Positions 1 to 11,329 of a stretch of DNA of 64,000 nt are shown here, piece after piece (position 1 is the stretch's first letter; every line of letters begins with the position of its first letter). Origin of the DNA: Octopus vulgaris (taxonomy: Eukaryota); assembly GCA_951406725.2 (NCBI GenBank), contig OX597814.1, positions 156,054,001 through 156,118,000 of the forward strand, written 5' to 3'. The position numbers and the translations under genes are program-made. The notes below the pieces were generated by a model, which worked only from the letters and a program-made list of their open reading frames with translations, had not been told where the DNA came from and did no database searches.

Positions 1-372
1 CAATGGAATGGACACAATTTTATATCTCACATTTCTATTCCTTTGTAAAGGAGTTTTCGACTCGAAATGCCAGGATTAATTAAATATTTCTGAAATTTTT
101 ATATTTTTTTGGCAGTGTTATTCTTGATATTCTAGTTTTCTGTTTCCATTGTTCACACTTTTCCCTAACAATGATTTTATTTACATATTTCACAATGTTT
201 TATGCGAACTACAATACTCTTCTAAAATATAAAATTTAAACATTTTTCTTCCCCATATATAACTGAAATACCGTTGATGACCATTTCATTTCCACCATTG
301 AAATTATGTAAAATAAGTAGCATAGTATACTGCCGTATTTGAATTATAAGACTATCGTGTAATGATAATAAT

Positions 373-599
373 TAGAAGAAGAAGAAGAAGAAGAAGAAGA
401 AGAAGAAGAAGAAGAAGAAGAAGAAGAAGAAGAAGAAGAAGATAAATAGATAATTCCAGAATCGTGAAGAAGAAGATAAATAGATAATTCCAGAATCGTG
501 AAGAAGAAGAAGAAGAAGAAGAAGAAGAAGAAGAAGAAGAAGAAGAAGAAGAAGAAGAAGAAGAAGAAGAAGAAGATAAATAGATAATTCCAGAATCGT
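373..599 (+). repeat. (GAA)n microsatellite interrupted by three copies of the 25-mer GATAAATAGATAATTCCAGAATCGT (441-465, 475-499, 575-599)
   Basis: Read directly from the sequence; the third copy runs into the LINE fragment that follows. Confidence 0.95.
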
Positions 600-930
600 A
601 AAGAAAGGTCAAGAAACAGAAAAATAAATACAACCCCTAAAGTTTGAAATAGGAAGAATTTGGAGCATGAGAACAATAAAGGCCGTGTCTTTAATAATTG
701 GTGCGTTAGGAAAAGTAAGCAAACATATAGACAAATGACTGGAGGAGATTGAAATAGAATGCCCAGTAGAGCTCCTACAGAAAGTTTGTCTCTCAGGAAA
801 AGCAAGGATTATCAGGAGGGTTTTAAGAACTTGAAAGACTGCTGAAAACTTGCAGATAACTGAGACTACAGGTACTAACTTGCTACCAGGAATAAAGCCG
901 AACGTGAGCCGAACCAAAATGATAATAATA
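575..930 (+). mobile_element. 5'-truncated R4/Dong-type (RLE) non-LTR retrotransposon, 3' end
   Basis: Hand translation from 583: DNSRIVKKGQETEK*IQPLKFEIGRIWSMRTIKAVSLIIGALGKVSKHIDK*LEEIEIECPVELLQKVCLSGKARIIRRVLRT*. This fits the RLE C-terminal pattern (..IIGALG..LQK.CL.G.ARIIR.VL). A short 3' UTR ends in a TAA-type tail. Confidence 0.8.
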
Positions 931-1007
931 GTCCTTTCTACTGAAGGCACAAGGCCCGGAATTTTGGGGAAGAGGAATAATCGATTACATTGACCCCAAT
1001 ACTCAAC
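931..1007 (-). mobile_element. 3' fragment of SINE family B
   Basis: Reverse complement resembles the tails of the family B copies at 52864-53075 and 55366-55580. Confidence 0.65.
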
Positions 1008-2370
1008 TAACACCTTGGACAGGATTTTGAAATCTTTACTCAGCAATGTAAGAGCCTAAAATGTTTTATTTGATCTCACATGTTTCGATTTTGTCGGAAC
1101 AGTATCACCTCTCCTCTACCCACTGTACTTGGAATTCTCCGTTCTGCTGCTAGTTGTGGTAGATATCTTCTAAAAGGCCGCCAAACACACCTGGCATATA
1201 AAAGTAAAGCACATAGGGCACACCATCAAGGCCAGACAATTTGCATCCTGTGCAGCACATTATTGTATCATATATTTCCATTTCAGTTATAGGCATTTCG
1301 CAATACTCCGCTCCCTCCACCTTGTCAAGAGTCCTGATACGCCACTCTTGTCCATTCTGCGTTCCAGACTACCATTCTTTACAAACAGTGGTGCGAAGTG
1401 TCGCTGAAATATTTGTTGCCATGTTTTTCGCTTCTTACAGCGGATGCCTTAGCTCTGACAATGAATCATTCGTACTTAGTGATGAAGAATTGGTTCAGGG
1501 CCAGTCTCCTGGCCAGAACATCGGTTTCTATGCCTTTCCTAGGCGCCTCACCTAAGTTTCGAAATTTCTCTTGTATTGTATTCCTCTCTATGCCTTATCA
1601 AACCTAATTGATTCTACTTTAATTGCACATTTCAGAGCAAACCTTCAATTTTTATTGATGACTAACCCCGTCATGTTTGCTAAACTAATTCGCTAATCCG
1701 GTCTCTATGAGCGTGTTACGTCGGGAGTGATGCGTTCAACCTCCAGTAACCGGGTCTCTGCTTAGGAAGTCTATCTAAATCGACCGTGCAGATCAAAAAT
1801 ATGTGGTATGTGTAACCGACAATTTTAAAAAGTGTACAACCTATAATATCCTTATCTACTGGTGTACATAGTACGATAACTTGATACCACCATGATGATC
1901 CTATGCGGTTCATCAATGTCCACACATGCACATTCGGGAAATCCATTCGGTACCTGTCATGAGATGGAAAACATCTGAGCAGGTTTTCAACTCCGCGCTT
2001 CTAACAGCCTCCCCACACAATATAAGCGTGCGTCCAAGATGGCGTCCCAGTCACATATAAACACTAAAACACTAAAGTTCGAGACATTCCCTTGAAATCG
2101 TCCAAACGTCTGAAGAAATACGGCTGTCCTGCTCTGGCAGAGCATTAACAGCCACAAGACTGCCCCCGTCGCTACTGTTCATATCCAGTACCTCCAGTTT
2201 ACGTTCTGCGAGAAGATTGCCCGTATCTTGATATCAAGGGCTTTCCGGAACAAGACCGCAGTTCCATGGAAATAAGTAAATCTTGTATCCACTGAAAATG
2301 GGCACTAAAGCCCGTCAGCCGGAGAATCTGGTCTCACTGACAGTCACGTCATCTTAACCTAGTGATCTGA
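1008..2370 (-). mobile_element. Degenerate Tx1/L1-clade LINE ORF2 remnant (APE endonuclease to start of RT)
   Basis: ORF 1716-1946 ends VDLDR..PGYWRLNASL (PGYWKLN.SLL motif). Upstream is a GDWN-like segment (ICDWDAILDAR). Downstream are SGLDGVPYVLY (KSPGLDGLPYE-like) and TLLSKDFKILSKVL (start of RT). Several stops and frameshifts. Confidence 0.85.
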
Positions 2371-2597
2371 GGTGACTGAGTTGGTGGTGGTGTTTCCAAG
2401 GCGACCTCAAGCCACTACTCTAAACTGCAACATCAGAATGCTATAATTTTGATGAAGATAGCATTAGTTGTTCAATTTTTCTCAACCGATCAATGGACCG
2501 ATTGAATAAACCTATCAATGAATGAATGACTATCGAAAACTGCTGTGAGTCGAATTTACTATAATAAAGGAATGGATAATGAGCATTATTTATACCT

Positions 2598-2850
2598 TGT
2601 GTGCGTGCATTTGTGTGTTTGTGTGTGTGTGTGTATGCGTGCGTGTGTATGTGTGTGTGTGTTTGTGTTTGTTTGTCTCCCAACCCACAGCTTGACAACT
2701 GGTGTGTTTAAGTTCCCGTAACTTAGCAGTTCTGCCGAAGAGCCCCATGAGATAATTACCAGGCTTTACAAACAACAAATACTAGTGTCGATTCATTCAA
2801 CTAAATCTTCTAGGTGGCGCCCTAGTATGGCTCAGACATGTAAAAGATTA
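2598..2850 (+). mobile_element. Diverged 3' half of SINE family A
   Basis: (GT)n followed by GCTTGACAAC..GGTGTGTTTA..CCCGTAACTTAGC, as in the copies at 44445 and 56018. Confidence 0.75.
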
Positions 2851-3344
2851 AACTTCTCCACTGATGGACAACTGGTAGAATCGTTAATTAGGAAATAATT
2901 ATGAAAACTACTCCATTCCTTTTACTCTCTATTACTCGTGTGTATGTGTGTCTGTGTGTCCTTGCGTGTGTGTACGCCTGCGCGCGAACTGACATTGAGA
3001 GCAGTAATGCAGTAACAGTGCGGCATTATCAGTAATTAAAAACAGAAAGAAATAAAAACACAAGAATTGCTGCAAAACAACACCAACAGAATTATGTCAA
3101 CAACAATCACAGTATAGCAATTTATCAAATGGTCCTATAATTAACAGACGTCAAGAATGTACGCTGCTATAAAGTTCATGATGGCTCTTATATTATCAGA
3201 TATGAGTGCATGTCTGAGTGTACGTGTGAGTGGAGCAAGCAGAAGCCAACGGAAATTCGAGCAAATTCTTTGAGGAAAAATTGTACAGGGATGCCACGTG
3301 ATAAGTTTGGGATTTTCCAAATATTTGAAAGGATATTTTGAAAA

Positions 3345-3705
3345 TAATGTTGGTTTCAAATCTTGGTAGTGTTCAACTTGTATTTATTTTATCGACCTTG
3401 AAATGATGAAAGGTAGCCGACCCCGGCGGTATTTGAACATAAAGGCGGACGAAACGCCGCTAAGCAATTTGCCAAGCGTACTGACAAGTCGGCCAGCTCG
3501 CCGCTTTAAATGTGAAAATAATGTTGATTTGAAATGTTGGCACAAAGCCAGCAATTTCAGGAGAGGGGTAAACCGATTGCATCGAACCCGATAGGATGAA
3601 AGGCAAAGTTGAACCCGGCGGTATCTGAACCCAGAAGCTAAAGACGGACGGAAAACCGCTAAGAAATTTGACCGTTGTGCTAACATTTCAGCTAGCTTAC
3701 CGCCT
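3345..3705 (-). mobile_element. Two adjacent SINE family B copies
   Basis: Heads GCCAGCTCGCCGC (~3492-3504) and AGCTAGCTTACCGCC (~3690-3704) on the + strand; each is followed by TTAAATGTGAA(A/G)ATAAT, a TSD-like repeat. Confidence 0.75.
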
Positions 3706-4032
3706 TAAATGTGAAGATAATCAAAAAAATAAAAACGAAATTGATATTTACATTATTTGAATTGAGTTAAAGTTGATTTAAAATGCCGTTAAGGTGAGAG
3801 TGGGTATCGCCGAAGTCATAAGAAATTCCTTCCAACTTTCAGGATGAATGCGTAAATTTTAAAGACAATGTGTCATTTAGATATTATATTCAAGGTCCTC
3901 AATTTTTGTAATCGCATTGACTCCTCGAGTTTTGGACGTCATCATGGAAGACCATTACAATTAATCTTGAAGCCAAAGAAAAGTTAGAAACGGTGCCTTT
4001 GATCCTGCATCCAGAAGATAAAGTTGTAATAC

Positions 4033-4355
4033 AATCACACTAATATATATATAGTTGAAACGAAAGACGAAGACAGGTGTATTAACAACAAGCAAATGTA
4101 TTAGTTTGACGATCGGGAAAATGAAAGCGTCTTTTATGTTTAGAGCCTACGCTCTTCTACAGAAAGGAATAAAATAAAATAAACAGAGAGAGAATGAAAA
4201 AAAACTTGTAGACTTCAACGCTGATTGAACTTCCTACTCTTACGACTTCCCGAACTTTCAGCACCTCTCTTCATCCATATACCAGCACTCCACCCAGATT
4301 ACCACTGGATCTACTGATTTTACTTTCATGGATTTCACTAGATGTTTTCGTTGAT
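4033..4355 (-). mobile_element. PLE-type terminal-repeat fragment between (TA)n tracts, with a decayed variant hammerhead at 4131-4166
   Basis: Homologous to 40236-40400 and 50812-50990. The minus strand reads CTTT CTGTAGA A GAGC-GTAG-GCTC TAAACATA AAAG. Confidence 0.65.
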
Positions 4356-4914
4356 ATACATATATATATATATAAATCTAATGATAAAACTTTTGTCGGA
4401 GGGACCATATCTATCTCAATATTTATCTTTCCGATTCGTGCATCTGGGGGTGATGTGATTAATTGACAGAAATAAGGAAGAGAAGCTTAACCCAGAAAAT
4501 CCAACTGAAATAGCCTACATGTGCATTTTACTTCGTTGTAGACAATATTAAAGGCACCAAAATTCAAGTGGAGTGAGACATTAGAAAATCCAAGGCCGAT
4601 ATTTTGTATGTTTCCGTATAAATGCAGACGCACAGACATACGTACAAATACAGTTATGTAAACACACGTTTTGGTCAGTGTATATTTAAATTTATTCGCA
4701 AGTTTGCATATGAGCATGTGATATCACATTAAGTAAAAATCATTGATATTTATTCAAATGCCTGCTTTAAACCATAGTCTGGATTTAATTACAGAGTCAG
4801 CTATACACTTTAACATAAGTATGTATGAAGAAATTAAATGGTTCCAAACGGAAACCATATTGTAGACACACACATAAGCATGTGCATGTTGTGTGTGTGT
4901 ATGCACTATTGCGG

Positions 4915-5004
4915 TGATATATATGTGAGTATGAATATATCAATATATATGTGTGTGTGTGTATTATGTAAGTATGTATATATATATGTATAAATATATG
5001 TATA

Positions 5005-5049
<45 letters not shown>

Positions 5050-5074
5050 GTATATATATATATACGTATGCATG

Positions 5075-5107
<33 letters not shown>

Positions 5108-5142
5108 TATATTCATATATATATGTATATATATACGTATGC

Positions 5143-5181
<39 letters not shown>

Positions 5182-5187
5182 TGTATT

Positions 5188-5222
<35 letters not shown>

Positions 5223-5299
5223 ATTTATATATATATGTATATATATATACGTATGCATGTATATATATATATATATATGTGTATATATACATATATATT

Positions 5300-5334
<35 letters not shown>

Positions 5335-5385
5335 ATTTATGTGTGCATATATATATTTGTATATATGTGTGTATATGTGTGTGTA
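4915..5385. repeat. Compound (TA)n microsatellite with recurring ACGTATGCATG interruptions
   Basis: Read directly; source of the spurious YI-repeat ORFs. Confidence 0.95.
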
Positions 5386-5977
5386 CACACATTCGCACGG
5401 GCGCAGTTGATTATGCGTTATTGTATGAGCGTGTTTGTGCGTGTGTACGATGAAATTAAGATTATTAGTAAAATGCGTCGCTGTAATTTTTAACTATAAA
5501 CGATTTTAAAACAGTTTATGTTATCCATGTCACTTTCAATAATACACAGAAATGTAAGCTTTCCTTAAGTGTTTTGAAGAGTTACTTCAGTGTAGCATCC
5601 ATGTGATAAATAGTTCGTATTAATAAAAATTATAGAAATAATATCCACGGATAAGTCAACGTTATTTTATTCTTTATCCAATACTTAATGTCATAATACA
5701 TACTTATCAGCTTTCATTTCGAGGATCGCTATGTTTCTATTCTTAGATTTCGCTGAATCGTTGTAAGTATATAAAGTATATAAAGATCTTGCTGCAAAAT
5801 CCTATTCCTTCTTGTTCAGACATAAGACTTACCAAAAAAGATATGTGACTGTTCTTGGGTAATTGAATTTGTATGTTTTTACCTGTTTACGTATAGATTA
5901 ATACAGAGATAGCTAGATAACTAGCTAGCTAGTTAAAGCGAGAGAAGTGGGTGAGAAGGTGGCCAAGACTATTTTTA

Positions 5978-6577
5978 ATTTCTTTATTGCCTACTAGAGG
6001 CTAAACATAGAGGGGACAATCAAGGACAGACAAACAGATTAAGTCGATTATATCGACCCCAGTGCGTAACTGGTACTTATTTAATCGATCCCGAAAGGAT
6101 GAAAGGAAAAGTCGACCTTGGTGGAATTTGAACTCAGAATGTAACGGCAGACGAAATACCTATTTCTTTACTACCTACAAGGGGCTAAATATAGAAAGGA
6201 CAAACAATGACAGACAAACGGATTAAGTCGATTATATCGACCCCAGTGTGTAACTGGTACTTTATTTATCGACCCCGAAAGGATGAAAGGAAAAGTCGAC
6301 CACGGCGGAATTTGAACTCAGAATGTAACGGCACACGAATACCTATTTCTTTACTACCCACAAGGGGCTAAACACAGAGAGGACAAAAAACAAGGACAGA
6401 CAAATGGATTAAATCGATTATATCGACCACAGTACGAAACTGTTACTTATTTAATCGACCCCGAAATTATGAAAGGCAAAATCGACCTCGGCAGAATTTC
6501 AACTCAGAACGTAGCAGCAGACGAAATACCGCTGAGCATGTCACCCGGCGTGCTAACGTTTCTGCCAGCTCGCCGCC
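5978..6577 (-). mobile_element. SINE family B with one head and a triplicated ~180-bp body/tail
   Basis: Head GGCGGCGAGCTGGCAGAAACGTTAGCACG ends at 6577. Units lie at ~5978-6160, 6161-6342 and 6343-6530. Confidence 0.9.
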
Positions 6578-6584
6578 TTTTTTT

Positions 6585-6700
6585 GCGTAGAGCTTAGGTG
6601 TTTCGCTCATAAACACAGACATCGCCCGGTTTGAGATTCGAACACGTGATCCCTCGACCGTGAGTCCGCTGCTGTAACCACTAGGCCATGTGCATCCACC
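6585..6700 (-). mobile_element. tRNA-derived head of SINE family C, 3'-truncated
   Basis: Minus strand has A box TGGCCTAGTGG and B box GTTCGAATC; matches 57850-57960. Confidence 0.8.
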
Positions 6701-7187
6701 AAGACTATTTCTGTTAAACACTAACGGTAGAGAGAACTCACTTCCGCTTTCGCTTATGCTATACCTTCTGTGCCTTAACAAATGTGGGAACTACGGAAAT
6801 GGCGGTGTTTCATTTTCGCATATGCATGTGGTATCATGACCACCGAATAACAAACGCTGTCTGATGTGTTTCCAAAAATCCAAGTATTGACTTGGGCTTA
6901 TAAAAATAGGCTGTGTCAAAGCACAGTTTATTTAGACTTTGAACTTTGCAATGTCAAAAGCTTATGGGGTATGACTGATATGCTCTCTGAATCTATCAAA
7001 CCGTAAAATTAATAGGGAAGTCAGAAAGAAGAAAGAATGATAAAAGAAAACAAACATTGCAAATTTCAAGTGATAGCATCTTTCTCCCATATAATTTTAT
7101 ATACACATGTAATTAAAAATGTGCGTGTATGTAGTTAAGAATGTGTGCATTTGGGTGAGAGAGAGAGAGAGAGGGAGTGTGTGTGTG

Positions 7188-7218
<31 letters not shown>

Positions 7219-7646
7219 CCGTGTGCGTCCGTGTCCGTCTGTGTGTGTGTGTGTGTGTGTGTGTGTCCGTCCGTGTCCGTGTCCGAAGGCAATCAGAGAA
7301 GGATATACACTTTAACATTCAGAGAGAAATTCGACATATTCCTTTAATCAATATTAACCAACTCAACTACACCCGGCTATGTCTTGGCAATCAACTACTA
7401 ACTCGAGTAAGTTAATATGTCCTAAACCCGGATTTTAAAACAAAACTATTTCTATTAGTTCTATTAAGTTAGGCATGGCCTGCGAAAATAATGGTTACAT
7501 TTTTTTTAGTTGTGTAAATTATATACAGACATACAACATGCAAATAATTGATTTCATTCGGGCTTTGTCAAAATTACTGAACGTCATGTAAGATTATTTA
7601 CACGATTTACATTTGACAGATATTTGTCCTCATCTTGTTTGTTGTT

Positions 7647-7692
7647 AACACAACGTTTCGGCTGATATACTCACCAGCCTTCATCAGGTTTC
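7647..7692 (-). ncRNA. Minimal type I hammerhead ribozyme motif (PLE-type)
   Basis: GAAAC CTGATGA A GGCTG-gtgagtatat-CAGCC GAAA CG TT GTGTT; predicted cleavage triplet GUU. Confidence 0.7.
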
Positions 7693-7766
7693 TTAGGGAA
7701 ATTTCGAATTCGGGTTCTCATTCTTAAGGTATTTTTCGATGTTATTATTATTATTATAATTATTAC

Positions 7767-7830
<64 letters not shown>

Positions 7831-7857
7831 AATAATAATAATATTAATAATAATAAT

Positions 7858-7892
<35 letters not shown>

Positions 7893-7940
7893 CATCGAAA
7901 AATGCATAGGAATGGAAACTCAGGTTCGAAATTTCCCCAA

Positions 7941-7986
7941 GACACCTGATGAAGGCTTGATGGTATATCAGCCGAAATGTTGTGTT
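7941..7986 (+). ncRNA. Minimal type I hammerhead ribozyme motif (PLE-type)
   Basis: GACAC CTGATGA A GGCT..AGCC GAAA TG TT GTGTT; stem I GACAC/GTGTT. Confidence 0.7.
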
Positions 7987-8814
7987 AACAACAAACAACA
8001 TGAGGACAAGTATCCGTCAAATGTAAATAATGTAAATAACGTACGTAATTCCTCATCGCTTAAATATAGAACTGTATTATCATGTAAGATGCCCAAAAGA
8101 TTTTTTACCCTCTTAAGCAAGCTTATTAGGATTATCGGTTTAAGCGAAAAAGCCCGGCAATAAGAAACAAGAATGCTTTAACTTATACGATTGGCAATAA
8201 CAAGACTCATACACGCAAGCATGTTCACATACACACACACACACATACACACACACACACATAGACACTATTACGTGTGTTTGTACGTGCGTGTGTGTGT
8301 GTGTGTGTTTCTTCGTGTTTGGTGTTTTATATGTCCTTTAAATTTAGCAAGTGAATTATTATTACCATTAGCGGGACCCGTGAATATTTCACAGAATTAA
8401 TGGTAAACCTACTGGGTTATTTCTGAAGACTTTATCCAAAAAACCTGAAAGTGTAGCCAGTGTTGTGTCTGTATGGAAAGAGAGTCGCTCATCTGCTACT
8501 CACTGAAAAATGAAAGAAATTGGAATACGATGATTACTTAATGCACTTTGTATATAAACTCTATAGACATTATACTCAATTATATAGACTTAATACACAG
8601 CACTCATAAAACAAATATTCACCTTTATGTTTCCATTTTCCCCATAAACAAAAACAAATCCTGTACATATGATACAACCTGTTTTTAAATTGCCTATGTC
8701 TGCCACGTAAATAAGCGCGAATATATCACTGAATTGCACTTATGCGCATGCGTTAAGTGATAGGTAATATAAAAAAAATTAGTTTCATTTTTTTAAAAAT
8801 ACATTTCACTATCC

Positions 8815-8942
8815 AATAACCACCGCCACCTCCATCTACACCACCTCCACCACCAGCACCACCATCACCACCTCCACCACCACTACCTCTACAACTACCA
8901 CTACCTCCATCTACACCACTATCACCGTCGTCTCTCCCCCTC

Positions 8943-9014
<72 letters not shown>
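8815..9014. repeat. Degenerate (CAC)n followed by a (CT)n microsatellite
   Basis: Read directly. Confidence 0.9.
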
Positions 9015-9020
<6 letters not shown>

Positions 9021-9789
9021 CTTTAACTCCCCGATCAGAACATCAGCCCTCTGCTAAAATTATATTTTTAACGCTCCTCCTCTACAGCATCACTACCTTG
9101 AAATAATTTTTAAATCACGTAATAAATATTATGTTCCCCCTACTTCACATCATGGACACTTCTCTCTCCGCCTTTTACTCTCCCCGTCTTTTTCTGTCTC
9201 CGTTTTTTTTTTCTCCCTCTTTCTGTCTCACTCTTCGCCTAATCCTCTTTTTCCCTCACTTTTTTCTTTCTTTTCTTTCTCCCTTCAACTAATCACGGAA
9301 AAACGTTACAATTACATTCCCTCTACCTCACATCAGGGACGCTTCTCATTTCCTCTTTTTATCTCTCCCTCTTTTCTATCTCCCTTTTTTTTCTCTAATC
9401 CCGTGATGGCGTTACCGAAAGGCAAAGTAACGGAATGACAAGCAGAGTTATTATAAGATTATTTGTTTTGTGATTATTTCTGTCTTATAACCATTGTTTT
9501 GTCGGTGTTACGCTTTCTAAATGTCCTCCACCTATTGTCCATGTTATAATAAACAAACTGCAAACGTCGAACGAACTACCTTGAGTTATTTAGCTACCTT
9601 GGGATCGACTGTGATTTTTATCCTTCGGAGGTCAATAAGAAAGTACCAGTTGCATATTGCGGACGATTTGCCCATCTCGATCTCGAGATCTGAGGCCAAT
9701 ACTGGAAATCAATATTGATATTGCAGCAGCACCAACACCAACACTGCCACCACCACCACCATTAGTTGAAGCAGCAGCAGTTGAAAAAG

Positions 9790-9825
9790 TAGTGGTGGTA
9801 GTATTAGTATTAGTAGTATTAGTAA

Positions 9826-9881
<56 letters not shown>
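9790..9881. repeat. (GTA)n microsatellite
   Basis: Read directly. Confidence 0.9.
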
Positions 9882-9882
<1 letters not shown>

Positions 9883-10579
9883 ACATCGTAATATTATTCT
9901 CGTTAATCAAATAATCTACTGCACGTGCAATTGATTCCTTCTTTAGCTACATATTTACAACATTTTATCTCGTATATGACACTGCCACATGTTTTAAAGA
10001 TGGGAGAGTAAGATCTTGCAACTGAAACAGAGATGGAATTAGAAACAAAAAAACAAAACAAAAAAAAACAAAAGGGAGGCGGGGTTGCAGAGGAATAGTG
10101 GAGGGGGGGAAAGTATAATAATAATTGATGAAATCAGACAAAAATTTAAATATATACATAAATATTATATAAAAAGGTGAGAGGAGAAACTACGGGAGGC
10201 TACGAATATTACTAAGCCGTTGCATCTGTATAAGACAGCAGTATTACTGTAAAAGGACGTGAGATTAAGCCAAATACAGCATACGCAAACATACACACGT
10301 TCAATACATCACACAAATGGGCAGAAACAGGCGTACGACCAATACAGTGCACATATGAATACGTATGGACAATATTATACACGAACATGCTCAAGTACAA
10401 TACATTATACATATATACATACATACATGCAATATATTGAACAAATATATACATAGCACAAGTAGAAAGTAGGATTAAATATCCCACATTTCACTTGCTT
10501 TTATACACTACAGATTGAAAAATCTAATCTCTTTTACAGAGTTCCGCAGAGAGAGAGAGAGAGTAACCAAGCAGGCGAT

Positions 10580-10646
<67 letters not shown>

Positions 10647-10755
10647 GGTGGTGGTGGTGGTGGTGGTGGTGGTGGTGGTGGTGGTGGTGGTAGTAGTAGT
10701 AGTAGTAGCAGTAGTAGTAGTAGCAATAGCAGTAGTAGTAGCAATAGCAGTAGTG

Positions 10756-10810
<55 letters not shown>

Positions 10811-10830
10811 TAGTAGTAGTAGTAGTACAA
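10580..10830. repeat. Compound (AGT)n(GGT)n(AGC)n microsatellite
   Basis: Read directly. Confidence 0.95.
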
Positions 10831-11329
10831 GCAGTAGCTGCAGTAATATTAACATCTCAGTACCAGTAGTAGGAGTAAAAGTAGTAAAAATAATAGTAAC
10901 AGCAGCCGTAGTGGCAATAACGCCTGTAAAAGAAAATTACTTCTATATTTGGTCAAAATTAACACTACAGTGATATATGCATTGTGTGTTTGTGCGGTTG
11001 AGGGGTTAAGAAAATCGTTCCCCAGTTACAGAATTTCGGGTTTGATCCCGCTGGACGGCTCTTTAGGAATCTGTCTTTTAACATAGTGCCGAATCAACAA
11101 AACGGAATTTGGTAATTTGGTAATTCGAAATTGTTTGAAATCATGTTGCAAGGGCTGTTTTTTTTCTTGGACAGTTAGATTTAATCTGTTACTATGATTA
11201 ATCTGAAGGAAACCGTTATATAATCGAGTGATTGCTAGAAATTCCACCAATTCGTCATTCAACCCAAACCCCATCGTTATAAAAATATTGGGGTTGCAAG
11301 ACAGTTAATGTAGTGCAGAGTACGCTATA

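Larger units (their letters stand above)
7594..8075. mobile_element. Fold-back element with ~150-bp inverted arms (7594-7747 / 7888-8039) around (TTA)n-(TAA)n; each arm has a hammerhead motif
   Basis: The arms are imperfect reverse complements; the right arm extends ~35 bp further. Confidence 0.85.

Noticed and set aside
441-599. Spaced 25-bp direct repeats resembling a CRISPR array
   Set aside because: The spacers are GAA runs, there are no cas genes, the context is eukaryotic, and the repeat is the LINE 5' junction.
4797-5493. Long YI/CV/HT-repeat ORFs here and at 22408-22850, 23521-23914, 26935-27480, 33201-33925 and elsewhere
   Set aside because: Translations of stop-free dinucleotide or tetranucleotide microsatellites; not genes.
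10508-10973. Poly-Ser/Gly/Leu/Pro ORFs
   Set aside because: Trinucleotide microsatellite open in several frames, with no domain or splice support.
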